From: an uncultured Pseudomonadales bacterium
GTDB lineage: Bacteria > Patescibacteriota > Microgenomatia > UBA1400 > PJMF01
NCBI GenBank assembly: GCA_964521215.1
Contig: CAZFRD010000001.1
Location: 1-57,209 of the forward strand
Length of the DNA: 57,209 bases
Reading direction: 5' to 3'
In this document: piece after piece, positions 10,055-18,200 of the stretch
Numbering within the stretch: the first letter of the stretch is position 1
Layout of the letters: each line of letters starts with the position of its first letter
Translations under genes and position numbers: made by a program
The notes under the pieces: model-generated
The model's database searches: none
What the model saw: the letters and a program-made list of their open reading frames with translations, nothing else
What the model was told of the DNA's origin: nothing

Positions 10055-10398
10055 AGTTCTGTGTACTTTTCATGTCGATTTTTTGCTTTGGCAACTGGAT
10101 ATTTTTTTTCGTTGATACGTAGTTTTTTTTCTAGTGCCTCGTTAATATCTATTTTAAAATCGTGACTCATTAATAATACCCAGTAGAGCACATCCGCTAA
10201 CTCTTCGCCCAAATTAGCTCTGTGTTTTTCAAGATGGGATTTGATTTCATCATCATTCTTCCACTGAAAGTGTTCCGCCACTTCTGCGGCTTCGAGTAGA
10301 AGAGAGATAGCCAAATCTTTTGGTTTATGGAATTGTCTCCAATTACGGGCATTGCGGAAGGCAATAATTTTTTTAATTAATTCTCCAATTTGTGTCAC
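10051..10398 (-). CDS. MazG-like nucleotide pyrophosphohydrolase
   Basis: 115 aa, all-alpha, with metal-binding motifs LLEAAEVAEHFQW and LGEELADVLYWVLL typical of small MazG/NTP-PPase proteins. Its stop overlaps the DUF2075 start by 4 nt (10051-10054). Confidence 0.75.
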   Translation of the reverse strand: MTQIGELIKKIIAFRNARNWRQFHKPKDLAISLLLEAAEVAEHFQWKNDDEIKSHLEKHRANLGEELADVLYWVLLMSHDFKIDINEALEKKLRINEKKYPVAKAKNRHEKYTEL

Positions 10399-10434
10399 AA
10401 GATCATTTTACCATTTAATTGATATACTTAGCCA

Positions 10435-10725
10435 ATGAAGGATAATCACCTACCTATGCCGTATTTTGTTTATTTAGTCCAGTGTGCCGATCAGTCATTA
10501 TATTGTGGTTATACCAAAGACTTGAAGCGAAGAGTAGCAGAGCACAATGACTCAAAAAAAGGCGCAAAATATACTCGAGCCAAACGACCCGTCGAATTAG
10601 TATATGCAGAGGCGCACGCCACCCTCAGCGAAGCCTTAAAGCGAGAGTACCAGATCAAGCGGCTAACAAGCCATGGAAAACGGGCCTTGATAAACAATCC
10701 CTCTTTTCACGAGTGCTGCGGCTAA
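10435..10725 (+). CDS. GIY-YIG nuclease family protein (UPF0213/YhbQ-like)
   Basis: 96 aa. YFVYLVQCADQSLYCGYTKDLKRRVAEHN matches the GIY...YxGxT..L..R...H pattern. Downstream it has PVELVYAE and EYQIKRL. Confidence 0.8.
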   Translation: MKDNHLPMPYFVYLVQCADQSLYCGYTKDLKRRVAEHNDSKKGAKYTRAKRPVELVYAEAHATLSEALKREYQIKRLTSHGKRALINNPSFHECCG

Positions 10726-10730
10726 GACTG

Positions 10731-10753
10731 TATCGACAACCATCATGTCGATA
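10731..10753. terminator. Possible bidirectional hairpin terminator between convergent genes
   Basis: TATCGACA-accatca-TGTCGATA forms an 8-bp stem with a 7-nt loop. T-rich sequence follows on the + strand. It lies between the GIY-YIG gene (+) and the HAD gene (-). Confidence 0.35.
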
Positions 10754-10777
10754 TTATCTTCATTAGATCTATGGGGA

Positions 10778-11605
10778 TCACCAACCCCGTTCTAAATTTC
10801 TGGTAGAAATCCAGTCAAATCTGCCCTCCAGGTTCACTGTTTGAAGAAAGGGATCGTCTCCAATACTGTTAAATAGATGTGCCGCAATGTGTTTATAGAA
10901 GTGGTTGAAAGCATTTACCTCTCCAATATTGGGATAAATAGTTGGTTGTTGCCGAAGGAGAATTCGGTATTCAAGGTAGTTGTAGTAGTTACTATTGCTT
11001 TGGCTCCACCAAGCCTCACTGCTTTCTTCTAAATCTCTCAGAGTATCTGCTACATAAATGAGCGGCGGTATTTTTGGTCGTTCCTGGCCAAACAACATTG
11101 ATTGTAGCCAAGCTTTTTGTATCATATCGGCTCTACTCTCGAAGTTATCACCAAAATATTGTAGTTTTGGATCAGTACTAAAAAATTGAAGTAGTCCAGC
11201 AGCCTGCAATTTGTGTCTAGCCACTGGTTCTGAATTGCCAGTTATTATACCGAGTGTCCAACCACTCTCCTTTAGGCTTTTGAGCCCTCTTACAGTATCA
11301 TCAAACAAAGCAGGACGAATATCATCCGGAGCATTGGATAAATAGTAATCATTCATTGCGATAATTGTTTGTTGAATAAGCTCTCGCTTTTCTTGAGATG
11401 ATTTTTTAGGAAATTGATCGTTAATCAATGTTTTTACCACTGCATAATCGGTACTGCCAGCTAGTTTTGACCAGTTAAAATCATCAGGTAACTTACCAAC
11501 AACTCTTTCCCAAGCCTTTGGTAATCGATCCCAAGCAGTTTGAAGAAGCGGATGTTTTGAGTCCCAAAGGGTGCCATCCAAGTCGAAAAACATTACTTTT
11601 AGCAT
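10778..11605 (-). CDS. HAD-superfamily hydrolase
   Basis: N-terminal motif I FFDLDGTLWDS, a later GIITGNS motif, and a C-terminal extension. Confidence 0.7.
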   Translation of the reverse strand: MLKVMFFDLDGTLWDSKHPLLQTAWDRLPKAWERVVGKLPDDFNWSKLAGSTDYAVVKTLINDQFPKKSSQEKRELIQQTIIAMNDYYLSNAPDDIRPALFDDTVRGLKSLKESGWTLGIITGNSEPVARHKLQAAGLLQFFSTDPKLQYFGDNFESRADMIQKAWLQSMLFGQERPKIPPLIYVADTLRDLEESSEAWWSQSNSNYYNYLEYRILLRQQPTIYPNIGEVNAFNHFYKHIAAHLFNSIGDDPFLQTVNLEGRFDWISTRNLERGW

Positions 11606-11634
11606 AGTTTTGTTTGAAATAGTGTTGAAAATTG

Positions 11635-12249
11635 CTATTTAACCAATGTGGCGAGAACTAATAATCGTTTCCACGTGGTGCCTGGTGGAGTACAAGTCAT
11701 GAGTACGAGGTCTGTTTCAGAATTATTTTCTAAGTAGTTGATGGCGTCTGGGTTGACGGTTTTGACTTGGGTGACTTGATACTTGAAAGGGGCGCCTTGG
11801 TAGTAAATCGTGATTTCATCATTGGGTTCCATTTTATTGAGCAAGTAAAAAATGGAGTTGTAGCGGCGCGCCATCGTTATATCGCCACTGGCGTGAGCAA
11901 ATAAAAACATGGTTTTATCTTCTCCTGGCAGACCGGTGCCTTTGGCATGAGCTACGCCTTTGGTCAGCTCTCGTTGATAGATGTTTGAATCGTAGGGATC
12001 GACATCAACCACAATGGGTGCGTTGGCTTCAATTTTTGGAATTAGAATGCCAAAATCGGTGTTGACCGGCTCGAGTGCCTTTTTAGTAGCCACTTCATTG
12101 AAGAATAGTTGTTGCACCTGAGCTGGCGTAGATTGTTTTAGGGTATACCGTGTTTCGGCTATTAGTAACGGGCCATACTCATAACCAAGGCTAATAGCGC
12201 CAAACAAAAGCAGTGCCAACCCTATTGCTAGCGCCAATTTATTTTTCAT
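11635..12249 (-). CDS. Sortase family transpeptidase
   Basis: N-terminal TM anchor (MKNKLALAIGLALLLFGAISL), then FAHASGD and the catalytic LVLMTCTPPG (TLxTC-like) motif. ATG 12249 is preferred over 12291. It overlaps the 3' end of the giant LPATG protein gene by ~11 nt. Confidence 0.8.
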   Translation of the reverse strand: MKNKLALAIGLALLLFGAISLGYEYGPLLIAETRYTLKQSTPAQVQQLFFNEVATKKALEPVNTDFGILIPKIEANAPIVVDVDPYDSNIYQRELTKGVAHAKGTGLPGEDKTMFLFAHASGDITMARRYNSIFYLLNKMEPNDEITIYYQGAPFKYQVTQVKTVNPDAINYLENNSETDLVLMTCTPPGTTWKRLLVLATLVK

Positions 12250-15200
12250 TCCGCTTGCCGAAGAAGATGATGTAGAGTCCAGCCAAGACAATCAACCCGA
12301 CGCCAATTGGTAAGCCAAAGCGACTGAGAAATGACATAAAGGTTTCGGTGGCCGAACCAAGTACGGCACCATCGGTTGACTCAGTTGCCGAAGGTTCTGC
12401 CGTGGTTTCATCGGTGGCAGTTTCATCTTCAGTAGTTCCAGTTGTATCTTCAGCTGATTCTCCCGCGGTGGTTCCACCAGCAGTATCTCCGCCAATGAAG
12501 GCTGAGCCAGCAGGAATGGCACCCAGTTGAACCGTTTGAGTGGTGCCATTGTTTGACTCGATGATCACAGTTTTAATCTCCAGATCACCAACTAAGTCAG
12601 AAGCATTACCATTGACGTCGAAGGCGCGGATCACGTAGTAGTACGTATCATCACAATTAGGCTTAGATGTTGTCAGGGTGTATTCCTGGCTTGGCCCAAT
12701 GGGGATAGTTGTTACTCGAGTTTCTGGTTTGGCGGTGAAGTGATCGCTATCCGTACTGCGATAAACTTCAACGCTGGTGGTTTGACCGTCGTTGGCAGTC
12801 CTGAAGCCGATTTTATCCTCACAGTAGTTGCCTGGGTTTTTGCTGTAGTTAACCGGTTTGTCTGGACCACTGGTTTCAAGTCCAACTCGCACTTCATCGC
12901 TAATCTTATCTGGTCCATCACCACTGACGACCACTCGGAAGTCGTAATTTTGGGTGTTTTCCAAGTCTTTGGCTTCACAGTATCCAGAATTTCCACCAGC
13001 TTTGATGGTATAGTTGGTCGAAATATTTGACCAGGCACCATCATTCTTCTGTTGTTGACACTGGGCGGTCAGACTTAGGTTATCAGTATTCAGGACTACA
13101 AAATCAACTTTCAAAGAAGTCTGGTTGGTGATTGCATCAAGGGTAAACTCAGCACTATTGTTGTAGGGTTCTTCAATTCTGACAGAAGTTAGGGCTTGCG
13201 CAGGTTGGGCAAACCAGAGTGAGAATCCTACTACGAAAAGTCCCAGCAAAACTTTGAGACCTGAGTTGCGCGAACGCTTACTCATGATCAGGAAGCCAGC
13301 GCCAGCCACGATACTCAAGAGTGCTAAGAAAGTTAACCAGGCTCGAGCTCCCGTTGCGGGCAACTCCGTGCTGGCGCCCAACACCGTGCCTTGCTTTTCT
13401 TCGGTTTTACCAACCTGATATTCGCTGAAGGGAGTTTGATCCTTAACCATTGCTACTTGGGTACCAGCAAAATGCTCTTCGCCAAAATGACCCCAGGCTC
13501 CGTTAAAGTCAACTCCGCCACTGCTAGCAGTGAACTCTGGATCGGAAAGAGCCAGTAAATCGTTAGTTTCTCCGCCAGTTTTGTCTGATTGCTCACTCGT
13601 ACCTGTGGCCCAAACCATATCTGGGTAGACACCGGGATCGGCCAAGGTACCAACTTTGGTTTTGTAGGTCAGGGTGACAATTTCGTCTTTAGCTAAGTCG
13701 CCCAAGTTCCATTCGCCAGGTGACTGATAGTTGGGATCACCAGTTGTGCCATCAGCTCGTAGGTCCGTACCATCGGATGATTCAGCTGTGAAACTATCTG
13801 GAACGTAGGTGAATTGTGCTGGTGGCACATCTAAGACAGTAGCATCATAGACTGGTCCACCAACTGCCATCACTCTAATAGTGTATGTCACTTCATCACC
13901 TGATGTGACGTCAGTGGGCCAAGCGTTATTTGTCTTCAGAATGTACAACCGACTATCAATAAAGTTGCCAAAGTTGGCTACCTCAGTTTCGCCAGATTGA
14001 TCAATGACCACTTCGCGGCAAACAGTATCGACTGGTTCAGCGGGTTCAGTTACTTGCCAGCCCCAGGCAGTGCGGTCTTCCTCACATAGGGTGTAGGTGC
14101 CCTTTTTAAGGTTAGCAAAGCTGAACTCACCATTTTCATCGGTGACTACTTGTTGATCAACATCAGGACCAGACAGACTGATGCCCCAGTATTGCATCTT
14201 TGATTCACCATCATCAAAGTTACCATCTTGGTTCTCATCAAAATATTTAACTCCCCCAATTGATCCTGGTTGGTAGTTGCCAACGTAGCAATTGATGTTT
14301 GCACCAGGATTGACCACGACACGATGTCCCTCTGGATCTGGTGCCGGTTGGGCATTAACTTGGGTGACACCTAAGATTCGATCAATAACACTCGATGCAT
14401 CTGCGTCTTGGATAGGTGTGGGAGTGGGGGTTGAGGTGGGACCACCATAATTTCCACAGCGAATATCAGTCACACCCATGACTGGACACCAGTTGCCCCA
14501 TTCCTCCTGATAACTTAAATCGTGATTGATGTCGTAAAATAAACTACAATTTTCGAACTCTGTACATGGTCTCGCATCTCCATATGAGACCAGACTTGCA
14601 TAGCCATTTGCCTGACATGCTTTCAGCGCACACGTTGCCGCATCACCGCATTCATTCCATCCTTCGCACATACCATGATGCCCATAGGCTCTTCCAGGAC
14701 CTGTAATTAGAGTTCCTTCAAGATCCTCGGTACAATAAATATTTGATTGTTCCCAACCGTCTTGTAAAGTTTCGGATAGGAAATAGGTGTTAGGATCCAA
14801 GCTGAACTGGGTACTGCCACCAGTCCCTGTAGTTTGGGTGGCTAAAAAGCCATTAGTTGCTTCCATACTCATCGCCCAGCCACTCATAAGTTCCTCGCCA
14901 GAGTCATATTTACCATTGGTATTTTGGTCGAGGAATTTGTTTACAGTGACAAATCCTTTATGGATGTTGCCAAATTCCGTGTAGACAATGTATCCGGAAT
15001 TATTCACTGTCACGCCTTCACAGACTGGATACTCATCTATATCATGGTTGGGCGAGTCGTTATTAGCAGGATTATTGAGTGAACGCATATCTTCCCACTC
15101 ATCTTTTTTAACCTCACAAACTCGATAGTCACCAACTTCATCAATCAAGTGATCAAAGACTGCTCTACCATCACCGTTGGTGTTTGCCTCACCAACCAAA

Positions 15201-18200
15201 CTCCAACCATCGTCTTCAACCTGATAGAGTCGGAAGGTAAACGTGGGATCGCCAATCCAAAACTCTTGTCCATCCGTTCTACCGAGCACGCCATCAGTAT
15301 CTTCATACTTATCCACGTTAACAGTAGCCTTTTCAAAGTTACCGAAGTCAAAGCCAGTTAAGTTTTCTCCAGCATCTAGTAATACAGCGTTGTATAAACC
15401 AAATTCATTGGGATCTGTTGCTACATAATCACCACCACTCAAGTCCTCGGCGATTTTATACATGCCTGGTAGAAGATTCTCAAAGATGTAGTTGCCAGAA
15501 TTATCAGTAGTGGTTTCCGTCAAATATACATAGTTGATGCCATCGTGCTTGTAAAGCTCAATCGTCCAACCTTCATATGTTGTATCCGTATTATCAAACT
15601 GACCATTGACGTTGACGTCGATGTATTTCATGCCAGCAAATGATCCTTTTGCAATAAATTTATTTGTGAGAGTAATTTCTGGAACCTGCTCACCGACAGT
15701 CACTGATGCAGGATAGTTAGTGATCACATCACTTCCTACGGTGGTTGATTGGTATGCCCAATCTTCGACTGGAGCTTCAAAGACATGATAGTCGCCGTAG
15801 GGCACATCGGTAAATGTTGCACAACCGTTTTCTCCCACCATGCCAGCAAACATTTGTCTGTCAATTTGAGCTCTAAAGTTGCCATTATTTGCATTATCGC
15901 CATAATTGTCGTCCCAAATTGCTAAGTTCAAATCACCTTCAAACCCAGTTAAATAATATGAATATTGATGCAGATTATTGAACCCTCCCCAAGTAACATT
16001 GCCTCCGTTAACCTTTAGTTCCAATGCGCCGGGCACACTGAGTAAATCATCACCACTCACCCAACCACCTGTTCCGTAGGGGATGCCCACTGGTCTAAAA
16101 GAGTAACCAGCGTCTGCAATCATTGCCTCATTACCATAACGATAGGTTCCCGAGGTATAGATGACATAGGCGCCAGAGCTGAGGTTGGTAGTGGTACCGG
16201 CACCACTGTTGACAGGAATTTCTTCGTCAAAACCAGTGGGTTGACTTAGACCAACTTTCCAGCCACTCAGTGGATTGCCACTACTGTCTTGCTTACAGAC
16301 AGTGACGTCATTTTTTGGCAAACCATTGCATATAACTTGGATGTCGTCGACGAACATACCGAGGGAGTCAGCTCTACCTAGCTCTGTAAAACGGATTTCG
16401 GTGAGCGTTGTGGTTGCAGTAAAAGTATAACTTTCTGATTGCCAGTTGGTATTGCTACTACCAGAAATGACACCACTGTTAAAGACTTCGGAACCTCCAA
16501 CTTGCACTTGAAGATGGTTGTTGCTGTGGTTTGGACGGGCAGAATACTTCCAACTGACGGTGTATTCATTTCCAATAATTGTAGGAATGCTTTGAGCAAG
16601 GGTGATAGAGGCGGGCTCGCCACTAAAGTCATTGATTGGCCCAGTCCAGTCTGTATCTAGCTCTACATATTGTGAACCACTGGCTGGCAACCAACCGTTT
16701 ACTCCACGATGCAGTTCTATTTGTGGCTCTGGTCTGTCATGGCCACTATATGAGGCAGATCCTCCATACCAAGTAGCTGTCCAACCAGCCATTTCGGCAT
16801 TATCAAAAGCATCCCATCCAGCACTCTGATTGACCTCTGGTGTTTCAAAACTACTATTGGCTGCCATGGCCTCACGACACTCATTGACCCAAGTACATTC
16901 GCTCGAACAACTTGATTGACCGTTTAATTGTCCATAATCACACTGTTCTTGGTTATTGACTATGCCATCGCCACAATACGCTGTTTTAGTATTGGTAAAC
17001 GTACAAGTGACATCCTCGCCAGCAATCAAGCTAAATGAAGCAGTTCCGTTGCCAAAATTATCTTGAGGATCCCATGGTTTATTTGATTGACAACTAGTTA
17101 GTTCCATCGACCAACCATTCAGAGATTGCTCAGATATATCATAAATATTTGGGGGAAGATCGGTGATTTCATAAGTGTTGCTCAACGTTGGATCTGAGTC
17201 ATCATCTAAACTAAATTCGGTTGCAGTTAACCCAACTCCACCAAACGAAAAGACGAAGTCTTGGGCATCATCGGGTTGGGCATCCTTAATAATTGTAATA
17301 GATCCTGGAGCAGGAGTGGGTGTGGGAGTTGAAGTGGGAGTAGCCGTTGGGGTCGGAGTCGATGTTGGAACTACCGAATTAACAAAGTCGCAAGAGATGA
17401 TGACATTGTCACCAACAGTAATATTTTGCACTCCGGAATTTCCACCGTTGTCGGTAAAAGAGGAACCAATGTTTGCTCCTGCCTGATCTCGACAAGTCGC
17501 AGACGTAAAGTTGTAGCCTGATGGTATCTGATTAGTTAGCTCAACAATTGAATAGCCACTGCCAGCAGTCAGTTTTCCACTTTCTGCCGTACTTGCTTGA
17601 CCATTGGCATCTGTACCGAGATTGTTTGAATAGTCGTTTGGTCCAGTCACACTAAACATCCAGTTGTTGTCTCCCCTCGTAGCATCGCTCACTGTGCCAA
17701 TATACTTGTTAACCGAAATGGCTCCTCCACAAGTTTGGGCTGCAAAGGTGGCTAGGGTAGTAGCAAGAGTGGCAAAGTCAGACGTGATAACATCTGCGCT
17801 TAAGTCAGTTCCTACGGTGGGACCAGATATTGCCTTCAAATTATTTACATCTAAGCCGTCGCCGATTCCTAGGGCAATAATTCTAACCCCAGATGTTTTT
17901 AGTGTATTCGCTATAAGTACGGCCTCAGCTACAGCTTGAGCCTCACTGACAGTCGAACCGTTATCAACGCGATTGGGATTGCCATCTGAGGCAAATAGCA
18001 CTAGGTCTGGATTGGATCGATTTGGTAGTGTAGATTGAGCTTTGATTAAGCCATCTTCCCAATTGGTAGAACCACCACTCGATGGTGTATTGATGGCATT
18101 TTTAACCGTGGTTACATCTCCAGAAAATGTTTGCAAAACAGCTGCCGTAGAATCAAAATCTGTTACTGAAAATTGAGTGGGTGTCCCTGGGAGCAACGCA

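Noticed and set aside
17305-17385. Microsatellite-like GGAGT/GGTGT repeats (also at 14406-14448)
   Set aside because: These are the antisense image of (Thr/Pro/Ser)n interdomain linkers within the adhesin ORF. They are coding low complexity, not an independent repeat element.
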